A DNA stretch of 64,000 nucleotides, taken from the NCBI GenBank assembly GCA_021513715.1, contig CP084167.1, positions 3,008,001 through 3,072,000 of the forward strand. The letters are read 5' to 3'. A model generated the notes under the pieces. It made no database searches and was not told the DNA's origin. It saw only the letters and a program-made list of their open reading frames with translations. Each line of letters opens with the position of its first letter. Within the stretch, counting starts at the first letter, position 1. This DNA is from Candidatus Heimdallarchaeum endolithica. Lineage in GTDB: Archaea > Asgardarchaeota > Heimdallarchaeia > Heimdallarchaeales > Heimdallarchaeaceae. The position numbers and the translations under genes are program-made. This document shows positions 29,624 through 40,500 of this stretch, piece after piece.

Positions 29624-30253
29624 TTATTGAATATCAATAGACACTCCTTCATCTTTTTCTTTTTCTTTGCGTTGAATAACAACTTCTAATACTCCATTGT
29701 TGTATTTTGCTTTAGCAGTTTCAATTTTTACAGGAACAGGTAAATCTATTTTCTTTTCGTATTTTCTATCTTTGGAATGTGCTTTTATACTTAATCTTGA
29801 CTCTGATCCTGTGAGTTTAATATCTCCTTTACTAATTCCTGGGACTTCAGCAATAACTCTAACTTTGTCTTTTTCCTTAAAAATATCGATTAATGGTTCT
29901 CTAACGTCATAAGTTTCTATATGCCCTGTTCCTTTAGGTTTTACATTCCCAAACTGTCTAAAACTTGGTTTTCCATCAGGGTCAAATCCAATTTGAAAAC
30001 CATAAACAAATTGATTTCTTAATAAATCTTCTAAACTTGTGTCTGCATCTAGATTTCTTTGTAGGTTCTTCATTAATTCTTTAATCATATTATCAATCAT
30101 TCTTCCAAAACTTGAACCTTTCATGAACGGTAAAAATTGTTCCATAAATTCATCTATATCAAATCCATCAAATGTAAAATCATCAATTTTGAAAGGAAAT
30201 GGAAAGTCGTCATCATCTGGTTTTTTATCTTTCTTTTTTTTGTTATTAGGCAT
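29624..30253 (-). CDS. hsp20: Archaeal small heat shock protein Hsp20
   Basis: VYGF..GPDGKP-like motif, REPLIDI, AEVPG, AKYNNGVLEV, C-terminal IxI. Confidence 0.9.
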   Translation of the reverse strand: MPNNKKKKDKKPDDDDFPFPFKIDDFTFDGFDIDEFMEQFLPFMKGSSFGRMIDNMIKELMKNLQRNLDADTSLEDLLRNQFVYGFQIGFDPDGKPSFRQFGNVKPKGTGHIETYDVREPLIDIFKEKDKVRVIAEVPGISKGDIKLTGSESRLSIKAHSKDRKYEKKIDLPVPVKIETAKAKYNNGVLEVVIQRKEKEKDEGVSIDIQ

Positions 30254-30350
30254 TTTATCACCAATCAGACTTATTGTAATTCACAAATATAAACTTAACA
30301 ATATAAACAAAAAAAGAAAGAAAAATGGAATACAATATCTGTCTGTTTAT

Positions 30351-31880
30351 TTATCTTAGTGCTTTCTTTGCTTTTTCTATTGTTCTATCAGGGTCAGAGT
30401 TATACTCTTGAATGATTGAAGCTACATCTTCAAAGTAACGAATTCTTTTCTTTACCATCCATCTTAAAACAGTTTTTCTTCTCTCAAGTTCGTCGTGGAT
30501 ATCTTGCTCTGTTTTTCCTGTATTCTCCATTATTTTTTCTAAAACATAACTTCGGCCAAAGTAAATAAATGAATCTTCTCTAGGATTCCACTGAAATACT
30601 TTGTTTGTGAGTATTTCTTCTGTAACAGGGTCTAGACCTATTAGTTCAGTAACTGTTTGTGTTCTTCTTGCAAATTTGCCTTGATGACGGACTTTTCTAA
30701 CTACATGAATAATATCCAGACTTTTCATCATATTTCTTGGAATGTTCATTGGTTTACTCTCGAGTCTATGAATAACACCTTCTACAGAGTCACCGTGAAT
30801 GGTTCCTAGACCTCTGTGTCCTGTACTCATTGCTTGGAACATTGCATAGGCCTCTTGTCCTCTTATTTCTCCTACAATAATGTAGTCTGGCCTTTGTCTC
30901 ATAGCTGCTCGAAGTAGTTCATACATAGATATTTGACCCCGCCTATAACCTGTTTCTGTTGCTTCTCCGAAACCTGAACGGACTACGCTTGGAATCCAGT
31001 TTTCGTGTGCTAGATTTAATTCTGCTGTATCTTCAATTGTAACAATTTTCATATCTGGTTTAATCATCATACTTAAGGTGTTAAGCAAAGTTGTTTTTCC
31101 TGCAGCTGTTCCTCCAGCTACGAGAATAGATACATTATGTTCCATGATGAACCAATAGTAAGCTGCGATTTCAATGTCAATTGTGTTGTAAAGAATTAGA
31201 TCTGTAATTGTAAAGGGATCAGCCTTAAACTTACGGATAGTAAATGTTGACCCTCTTTGAGTAACTTCTTTTCCATATGTTAGTTGCACTCTGCTTCCAT
31301 CTTCCAGACTCGCATCTAACAAAGGATTAGCAATACTTACATGTCGTCCTGCTCTTTGAGCTAATTTGATAATAAAACTATTCAATTCGTCCTCAGAGTC
31401 AAAAGATACATTTGTAGCTATTGATTCATATTTTCGATGCCAAACATAAATAGGAATACCTATACCGTCACATGATATGTCTTCGATATTAGGGTCAAGC
31501 ATAAGAGGTTGTATCTTTCCAAAACCAATGAGATCTCTTGTTAAGTAATACATTATTTTCTCGAATTGGTTTTCATTTAGTTTTATACGATATCTCTTGA
31601 TAACGTCAACTATTTTCTTTTTTAGATATTCTTCTGCTTTAGTGAAATCCTTGAGAACGCTAAAATCTACATCTAGTTCTTCAATGAGAATCTCTAAAAT
31701 CTTGTTGTAGATAGCTTTTTCTTTGCTATCTAATGGTATTTCAACAACCATATATTGAGTTCTCTGTGTAACAGGATTTGTTTGTATTAATACATAACTG
31801 AAAGGGGGACTAACAGGATAAGTTTCTTCTAAAAGAGGAACTGAACTGTCAATTGACATTGTACCGAAATTTTCATCCAT
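30351..31880 (-). CDS. Type IV pilus assembly ATPase (archaeal PilB/VirB11/FlaI-like)
   Basis: DPNIEDISCDG, FTIRKF, Walker A GGTAAGKTT, IEDTAE, RQRPDYIIVGEIRG, TGH..TIH. Confidence 0.95.
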   Translation of the reverse strand: MDENFGTMSIDSSVPLLEETYPVSPPFSYVLIQTNPVTQRTQYMVVEIPLDSKEKAIYNKILEILIEELDVDFSVLKDFTKAEEYLKKKIVDVIKRYRIKLNENQFEKIMYYLTRDLIGFGKIQPLMLDPNIEDISCDGIGIPIYVWHRKYESIATNVSFDSEDELNSFIIKLAQRAGRHVSIANPLLDASLEDGSRVQLTYGKEVTQRGSTFTIRKFKADPFTITDLILYNTIDIEIAAYYWFIMEHNVSILVAGGTAAGKTTLLNTLSMMIKPDMKIVTIEDTAELNLAHENWIPSVVRSGFGEATETGYRRGQISMYELLRAAMRQRPDYIIVGEIRGQEAYAMFQAMSTGHRGLGTIHGDSVEGVIHRLESKPMNIPRNMMKSLDIIHVVRKVRHQGKFARRTQTVTELIGLDPVTEEILTNKVFQWNPREDSFIYFGRSYVLEKIMENTGKTEQDIHDELERRKTVLRWMVKKRIRYFEDVASIIQEYNSDPDRTIEKAKKALR

Positions 31881-31991
31881 TTTATCTCTATATCGTTAAA
31901 GCATTCATTACTTATAATTTTTTTGAATTTATCTAATGAAAAAGGGAAAAAGTGAAAAAGAAAGTATGAGAATTTAAATGCACAGTGATTA

Positions 31992-32588
31992 CTAAATATA
32001 TTTGGGAGTAAACATTCCTACAATAATAAGAAACATTTTTTTGAGAAAATTTAAAGGTTTAATGGAATCAAATATCTCTCTCAATGACCTTGAAGTATCT
32101 CCAGTGAAAACTCTAAATGCACATGCTTTATCATATTTACAATTTATACAATTTTTCCTGAACTTTTCTCCTTCTTCTAGTAGTCCATTTTCAACAATAA
32201 AGTTTTGGAACACATTAAAAACAGAAATATCTCCATTGAAGAAATCAACTTGTTCTCCGAAATTGTCATCAAAGAGCTCTGCCATTAGCCTTAATCTATT
32301 TGTATACTCGTCTATATTTACTGGAGGTTTCAAGGCAAATATTGCATTAATTCTTTCAGTTTGATAACTAAGAACAATTGACTTTTCCATTTCAAATAAA
32401 TGAAATTCATATGATTGAGTTCTATCATAGATGATTTTTGCACTAAATAAAGCAGATTTTAACAAGGATTCATCATCCATAGTTGCATCTTTCGACAAAT
32501 CAATACAGTGGACCCCAATATGACACATTAAAGATCTTGCAAATAGAGGTATTCCTGCTTGATTTGAAATGATTAAATTTTGTATCAT
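31992..32588 (-). CDS. Longin-like domain protein with Cys clusters
   Basis: MIQNLIISNQAGIPLFARS and C-terminal F..F.GDISVF pattern typical of Asgard longins; CHIGVHC and CINC..C. Confidence 0.55.
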   Translation of the reverse strand: MIQNLIISNQAGIPLFARSLMCHIGVHCIDLSKDATMDDESLLKSALFSAKIIYDRTQSYEFHLFEMEKSIVLSYQTERINAIFALKPPVNIDEYTNRLRLMAELFDDNFGEQVDFFNGDISVFNVFQNFIVENGLLEEGEKFRKNCINCKYDKACAFRVFTGDTSRSLREIFDSIKPLNFLKKMFLIIVGMFTPKYI

Positions 32589-32709
32589 ACTTATTGTAAC
32601 TAGAAATGACCATTTAAATAACTTTTCGTGATTTTTTGGTTTCTTTGTTTGTTGTCCTTTAGATATTGAAAAAATATTAATAATAAATTATAAAAATATA
32701 TATAAAAAT

Positions 32710-33189
32710 TTAGACTCCACTACTAGAAAAAATGATTCTTTTATTTACTCCGTCAAATAGGTAGGTTACTGTTGGATTTTTTAATGAACTAACTATCTCT
32801 CCAGAAAAAGTCACATCTGTATTTTCAAGGTACAAAGTTACAGTTGCAGAAACATCTTCATTTTCTACTAAATATGCGTAAAGAAGATATTCTGTTGCAC
32901 TTTCTGGTAATAAATAAGTTATAACATATTCTTCTTCTTGGACATCGTTGGGTAGAGACAAAGACAGTTGTATCTTGAAATCTGTTGCTCCTTGCTGAAT
33001 TTTTTTGTCCCCCATCTGTTTTAGATCCAAAATTGAGTTAGCTACTTTTTGTAATATTTGCTCTAGACTTGTTTCTATTGCCCTATTTTCTAAAGAATTG
33101 TTTAAACTAACCATTGTTGCTGATATTCCAGCAATAGCTAACGAACCAATCATAATAATAGATAAATACATAACATATTCGCTTGGCAA
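32710..33189 (-). CDS. Pilin-like protein (no obvious basic class III leader)
   Basis: N-terminal hydrophobic helix SEYVMYLSIIMIG; located in pilus operon. Confidence 0.6.
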   Translation of the reverse strand: MPSEYVMYLSIIMIGSLAIAGISATMVSLNNSLENRAIETSLEQILQKVANSILDLKQMGDKKIQQGATDFKIQLSLSLPNDVQEEEYVITYLLPESATEYLLYAYLVENEDVSATVTLYLENTDVTFSGEIVSSLKNPTVTYLFDGVNKRIIFSSSGV

Positions 33190-33198
33190 ACTTTCTTT

Positions 33199-34056
33199 TC
33201 ACCCTACAATATTAATATTGATGTTTATCTTAATAATATTAACGTAAAGATAATGAAAACTGTAATTTGTGTTTACTGGAACATATACTGCCTGTTCTTC
33301 TTCCAAAGAGTGATGTTCTCCATAAATATTAGCTTTACCTATTAAATCAGAATTGAAAGCGATAGGTTCTAAAGATATCTTCTCTGTTCCACTAAACTCA
33401 ATTTCTAAAGGAATAGATTTTGTTGTGTTTTCGACTCCAAAATCGCTGTTGGTATTAATTGATACATGGATAATATCAATGGTAAATATTTCTTCTGTTC
33501 CTACAACTCTATAATCAATATCAATGCAATATCTATAGTACAAGGACATATATAGATAAGCAGGATCAAATATTGTCCTGGTCTCATTTATTACTGTAAT
33601 ATCATTGTATAGTTTAGTACTGCCATTAATGAATAAGTAATCTTGATCTTCAGGACCTTTAAGGTATCTGTGCTCTCCTTCTTCAAAGTCTTCAACATTT
33701 GTGCTCTTATGAACCAGTCTAGTCAAGTTTTCTGCAATAATTGACTTGCTAAAAGAACTTGCTGTATCATATAAAGTAAAATAAACTACTTTACTATTAT
33801 CGAAATACAATGAACCATCTTCTTGGTAATAATCAAATGAAATAGCTTGAGGAGGTGGGTTAACAAGCAAGTTCTGGATGTTTGAGTCTAGAGCACTAAA
33901 ATATAAACGAACAGAATTGTTATAGCTATTATCTTTAAATTGTATAATGCTAGGAAACATATAAACTAAAGATACTCCTATAGCTGCTAAAATAAGCGTA
34001 AACATAAGTATTGTTGCTACTATTGGAGATACTCCCTTCTTTTTACTCAGTTTCAT
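33199..34056 (-). CDS. Archaeal type IV pilin
   Basis: Canonical KKKG|VSPIVATILM class III signal. Confidence 0.9.
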   Translation of the reverse strand: MKLSKKKGVSPIVATILMFTLILAAIGVSLVYMFPSIIQFKDNSYNNSVRLYFSALDSNIQNLLVNPPPQAISFDYYQEDGSLYFDNSKVVYFTLYDTASSFSKSIIAENLTRLVHKSTNVEDFEEGEHRYLKGPEDQDYLFINGSTKLYNDITVINETRTIFDPAYLYMSLYYRYCIDIDYRVVGTEEIFTIDIIHVSINTNSDFGVENTTKSIPLEIEFSGTEKISLEPIAFNSDLIGKANIYGEHHSLEEEQAVYVPVNTNYSFHYLYVNIIKINININIVG

Positions 34057-34360
34057 TCTCTTGTTTTATTTTGACTATAACAAATATAACCTTATTGGTT
34101 TTCTTTTACTCATTAAATATTGTCGATAGTAATTCGAAATTATAGATTTAATTATTAATCTCTATTATTTACTAACAATTATTGATCTTTTTTCAACTCT
34201 CTTTTTCTTTCATTATTCTACCCATTTTTCATTGCATTACTTTTCAAAATAATTTTACTTTTTAATTCCTTTTTATTCTATCTAGTAAGTCGTATATAGT
34301 TTGTGTAATGACATTTTGTCGGGTGTTTAAAGGCTTGAAACACTTAATCACGAAATAATA

Positions 34361-34382
34361 TTTTTACAATATATTGTAAAAA
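34361..34382. promoter_or_regulatory. 22-bp perfect palindrome with NrdR-box-like core upstream of the RNR gene
   Basis: TTTTTACAATATATTGTAAAAA; core CAATATATTG fits the NrdR consensus CwAtATaTwG. Confidence 0.55.
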
Positions 34383-34518
34383 AAAAACAAGTGAAAAAAA
34401 AAGTTGGGTGCTTATAAAGAGAAAAAAAGTTTGGAATAGTAGAGTAAGCTTTAAGAAAAATTTTCTAGTTTAAGTACTAAAGTCTTTAAAATTTATTAGA
34501 AGAAAATAGGGGATAATA

Positions 34519-37500
34519 TTGGCAGATCTAGAACTATCAGAAAATGCATTAACTGTACTACAAAAAAGGTATTTGCTAAAAAACGAGAAAAATGAGGTAA
34601 TTGAAACTCCAGAACAGATGTTTGAAAGAGTAGCAAAAAGTATAGCTTCAAATGATGAAGAAAAAAAGGAATTTTATGAACTCATGACTTCATTAAGATT
34701 CCTGCCTAATAGTCCTACTCTTATGAATGCCGGAACAAAATTAGGTCAACTATCTGCTTGTTTCACTGGAGAACAGGTAATAATCACAGCTGAAGGAAAT
34801 AAGCAAATAAGAGATATTCAGATTGGAGATTTGGTTCTGACAGCTGAAGGTAATTTTAGAAAGGTTACCCAAACTATGCAGAGAAAAGTTGACAAAAGAT
34901 ATATTATTGATGTTTTGAAACTACCTAACTCTACTCTTTCTGTAACAGAAGATCATCCTATTCTTACCTATAAAGATGGAAAAATTAAGTGGAGTTTGGT
35001 AAAGGAATTAAGTAAAAACGATTTTGTAGCTTTATCATACCCAAAGGAAGTTGAAGATATTTCTTCAATTAATGTTATAGATTACTTATCTGATAAGCAT
35101 TATAAAGTAAAAGATGGTGTAGTAGTAAATAAAAATATAGAAGTTGAAACAGAATCTAGTGAAATAAGCGTTCATAAAGTCCCAATCAAAAATAAGATAG
35201 AAGTAGATGAAGATTTTCTTAGATTTTTGGGTTATTATGCTAGTGTGGGAGAATCAGATAAAAAAATAGTAAGATTCAGTTTTTCAGATAAGGAGATGGC
35301 TTATGCTGAAGAACTAATAACTATTGCAAAAAGAAAATTTGGATTAGATACAAGAGTAGAAATCTTGAATGAAAATATAGTAAAAGTTCAGTTTTGTTCT
35401 TCTATAATTAGTGAATTTATTAAGAAAATTATAGGAGATGTAAATAATAAAAGAGTCCCCATATGGATATTAAAATTACCCCCAGAAAAACAAGAAAACT
35501 TTGTTTTAGGGTGTTTTAGAGATGATAATTCTCTATTTTCTAATGGTTATATGCTTAATGCTCGATTATCTGCATGTAATGATAATTTAGTATATTCTAT
35601 ATGGATTATGTTAATGAGAATGGGAATAGTTCCCAATCTCGATAAATCATCTATTCCTAAAAGTGAAACCACCTATTCCTACTCTCCCTATATTAGTGAA
35701 ACAAAAGAGAGCAATTCCTTTGTAGAAATTCATGGAAAAGAAAGTAAAGGATCTTCACAACTATCTTTACAAAAATTAAAACATATAGTTGTTAATGATA
35801 CAGTTTTTCTCCCTATACAAAATATTGAATGTATCGAAGAACCTGTGACTGTATTTAATTTAGAAGTAGAGGAGGAACATACATATGTTGCAAATTTTGT
35901 TTCAGTTCACAATTGTTTTGTACTGCCAATAGATGATTCTCTTCCCTCCATTTTTGACGCAGTAAAAAAAGCAGCATTAATACACCAAAGTGGAGGAGGA
36001 TGCGTTGCTGAAGGAACAGTAATACCTACAGAAGAATTCGGTTTTATACCTATTGAGCAGATTTCTGGATTCGAAAAAATACCAGCTGATGAACAAGGAC
36101 ATGATTGTGAACCTTTTACTGTTTTTTCGTTTGATGAGGATTCAGAATCTTTCAAAAAAGGAAAAGTAACAAAACTTTGGAAATTTAAGAAAAGTAAGTA
36201 TTTACAAGTTAAATTCGGAAAAGAAGGAGTAATAGAAGTTACACACTGGCATCCTTTCATAGTTTATGTGCCTTCTGAAGAGCAAAAAAAAGAAGGAAAT
36301 TATACTGAAAAACGAGCAGATGAATTGAAAGTCGGAGATCTGTTGGTTAGTCCATCTACCCATAGGATAACTGAAACGTCTGGTATTTCAGATGCACACA
36401 AAGTTAGAGTAGAAGAAATAAAAGAGATAGAAGAAGAAAAAATATTCTATGACTTTACAGTAGAGAAATATAATAATTATCTAGCGGGGAATAAACAATT
36501 TACAGTGATTCATAACACTGGGTTTAGTTTTAGTAACATTAGACCAAAAAATGATGTAGTCAAAACTACTGGTGGGGTAGCTTGTTTTCCTGAAGATGTA
36601 AGGATTTATACTAACAAGGGATTATTAACAATCAAAGAAATAATCCAATCTGATCAACCAATTAAAGCTTTGACTCATGATGGATTCCACGAAATAATAA
36701 ATAAATACGATAACGGAGAAGCTGAAGTTTACAGACTTATTACATCTAATGGATATTCAGTTAAGGCAACCTCTACTCATAAATTTTTAACAATAGAAAA
36801 TAATGAGTTGGTACTAAAACCTCTTAATAAACTTCAAGAAGGAGATTATGTTCTTCTTTTTTCTACTTTTGAATCTGTTGATGAAAAAGAACCATTTAAG
36901 CTATCTCCTATTACTGACGATGGACAAACTTTTGATGAAATTTATCTTGATGAAGATCTTGCATATTTCATAGGATTAACTTATGCAGATGGACATATTA
37001 TTGATGATGGAAGACATTATAGCGTAAGAATCACTTTAAACAAGAACCAAATACGTATAATCGAAAAAATAAAGAAAATAGTTAAAACTAAGTTTGACTA
37101 TGATTTGAAAGTCTATGAGCGTAAAAATGTAAATAAAGTTGAACTTGTTCTACATGGAAAAAGATTTGTAAAATTGTTAAAAGAAAATAATTTACTTAAA
37201 GAAAAATGTGAAAATATTCGTATTCCAGAATTATTATTTCAAAGCCCAAGAAATGTCCTAAACTCATTTATTGCAGGATACTTCGATGGTGATGGTCATG
37301 TAAGTAAAAGCGGGCGAATTAGCATTAAAACAATATCCAAACAAATGAGTGAAGATTTTTCATTATTGATAACGCGGTTAGGTGTACTATCTACAACTCA
37401 TATTAGTCCCCCTATTTATGGAATAAGAAGAAATAAAAAAAGTTACAGAGTTTCAATCCCAACAGCTCTCTTCAAGAAAAGATTTGTAGAACAGCTTTCG

Positions 37501-40500
37501 AAATACTCAATAAAACTAGAAAATTATACACTGAAAGAAGGATCTACAAATAAACTTTTTTCTTATCCGTTTAACATCTTAACTCATATTGGGAATCCTT
37601 CCACGAGGGCAGATATATCTAGAACAATAATACCTTATAATAGGAAGAATACTTATCGTAAAGCTATTCTACGTATTCTTAAAAATTCTGATAAATATGG
37701 ACTTACACCAGATGAAATTGCTTTCTTAAAGAAACTAGAAAATCTTTACCCTATAAAGATAAAATCTATTAAAAAAGAAGGAATTGAACATGTTTATAAT
37801 CTCGAAGTTAAGAATGTCCATCGACTTGTTGCTAATGGATTTTATGTTTCAAATTCAGGCCCCATAAGTTTTATGGAAGTTTTTAATGCTGCAACAAATA
37901 CTATCAAACAAGGGGGATGTATTGCTGCTGAGAGTTTAGTAAGAACTACAAATGGTGTTCTTCCTGCTGGTGATTTACTTAATTGTCCTCCCCTTGGCGA
38001 AAACAACACTCAAGAATTAATCTATGATGGAGAGTCGTATAATAATGCTTTTCTGTCTCTGGATAATGGTTTTGCGGATGTATTAATTCTTGAAACTGAT
38101 CTGGGTTTAACTTTAAAAGCTACATATAATCATTTAATTGCTACAGTATATGAAAACGGGAATATTGTATGGACTGAGGTTGAGAAGATTAAGAAGGGCG
38201 ATTGGGTTGTAGTTGTATTAGGGGGTCACATTGGACAAAAAATCTTCCTCCCAAAAATAGAAAATCAACATCATAATGCTAATCCCATTAAAATCCCTGA
38301 ACAATTTAATGCTGAGCTTGGCGAAATCTTAGGTTTGTATATGGCTGATGGCTTTATTAGTACTGATGGTAAAATCATCTTTAGCGTTGACAATAAGGAT
38401 TCAGATCTCATTAAAAGAATCGAGTATTTAATGAAAAAAGTATTTAATTTAAAACTTGGAAGAATAGAAGATAAACAAACTTACTCGGATGTTATTTTCT
38501 ATTCTCGTGATCTATGCGACTATTTCAGTAAAATGAATTGGAAAAAAGAGTCATCATCAAAAGCTTTTGTCCCTAAAGAGATTTTTATTTCTGAACCAGA
38601 AATAGCAAAAGCATTTGTCAGAGGATTGTTTGAAGGCGATGGAAATGTTCATTCTGATGGATATCCAAGACTTTATTCTACATCTAAAGCATTAATTGAA
38701 CAAACTCAACAACTTCTTTTAGGACTTAACATTGTTTCTTCTGTAATAAAGGGAGAAGATAGAAGCAAGAGTTTAGGTGATTTATCTATCTATCAATTAT
38801 TAATAATTCTTGAAAGAAGTGTTATAAAATTCAAAGAAGAAATTGGTTTTATATCAAACAGAAAAAAACAGTTGCTGGAATCTAGGTTTACATGTAGAAA
38901 TTCCAAACAAATTAAGAATTCCAAGCATTTCCAACAGATGTCTGATCCAAAATACTATTTTACAAAGGTTATAGATATTAAAGAAAATCGAACTTATACA
39001 ATGGATTTTGAGGTGCCAGAATCCAGCAAATTCGTAGCAAATGGTTTCTTGGTACATAATCGTCGTCGGGGCGCTAACATGGGTATCCTTCGTGTTGACC
39101 ATCCTGATATCATGTCTTGGATTACTTGTAAAGAAGACCAGACCAAATTTACTAACTTTAACATTTCTGTTGCAGCCACTTCTGCGTTCATGCAAGCAGT
39201 AGAAGAAAATAGAGATTATGACTTGATTAACCCTCGTACAAAGAAAGTAGTAGGCAAACTTAATGCTACAGAAGTCTTTAACAAAATTGTGGAGATGGCT
39301 TGGAAGAATGGTGAACCTGGAATAGTTTTTATTGACCGCATGAATGAATTCAATCCTACTCCTGAAGTTGGAGATATAGAAAGTACTAACCCTTGTGTGG
39401 TAGGTGATTCATTAATATCTACAGAATTTGGATTAATGAAAATGCGTGATTTAGTCTCCAAGTTTCCTGAAGGTTCTGTAAAAATAGTTACAGATAACCG
39501 TGTTCCTCAACAAATATTAGCATCTGGAAACCAAGTGCAGTTGTTGGATACTAAAACTCAAGGAGTATCATTGAATACTATCACACATGCTTTCTCTACT
39601 GGGATAAAAGATGTATACAAACTAACTACAGTATCAGGTTATGAGTTGAAAGCTACTGGAGATCATAAAGTACTAACCAATGAAGGTTGGGTACAAGTAA
39701 AAGACTTAGATTGTAAAAAATATAGAATAAAGATACAATCTGGAGAAGGAGTTTTTAATAGTGTAAAAGAGTTACCCTTCAAAGTCGAAAATGAAATAAC
39801 TGGTGCGAACGGAAGAAAATATAGTTTTAATTTACCAAAAACATGGTCAAAAGAGTTAGGTCATGTACTTGGTTGGTTGGTAGGAGATGGTTGGATAAGG
39901 ACTGGAGATAAGAATAGAAGAGTAGGATTTACTTTTTCAAAGAAAGATGAAGAAGTGTTAAGGTATCTCAAGGATGTATTAAACAGATGGTATAACAAAC
40001 AAATAAATGAAATAAAAAGAGAAACAAATGTTTATCATTTAAGTTACCATTCAAAATATTTTGTTGATTTCTTCTTAAAATTAGGCGTTAAACCAGTAAA
40101 ATCAGCAAAAAAGGTTGTACCAGAGTCAATGTTTCTAGCTACTAAAGACGCTGTAATTGCTTTCCTACAAGCACTTTTCTCTGCAGATGGAACAATACGT
40201 TGCTCAAAGAAATCTTCAAGCGAATGGATAGCCCTTTCATCAAAAAGTAAAGAATTGTTAAAAGGAGTACAACTGTTATTGTTAAACTTGGGTATCAAAT
40301 CACGAATATTTGATCGAACAAGAAAAAGAAGAGAAAAAACATTCAAGTACATCGATAAAAATGGTTCTCTAAAATATTACAATAGTGATGGAATACTCTA
40401 TGAACTAGGAATATTTGGAAAAAATATTGACATATTCAAAGAAAAAATAAATTTCTTACAGGAGGAGAAAAAAGAAAAATTAGCGAAACTTAAGCCAAGA

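Noticed and set aside
25038-34056. Archaellum operon
   Set aside because: Two ~300-aa TadC proteins rather than a single ArlJ; no adjacent ArlH, ArlF, ArlG or archaellin-type sequences
34057-34518. Cobalamin riboswitch or replication origin upstream of nrdJ
   Set aside because: Extremely AT-rich, with no B12-box, no ORB repeats and no cdc6 nearby
39061-39340. Foreign-codon extein patch after intein 4
   Set aside because: CGT codons also occur in ordinary host genes here; cannot be supported without computation
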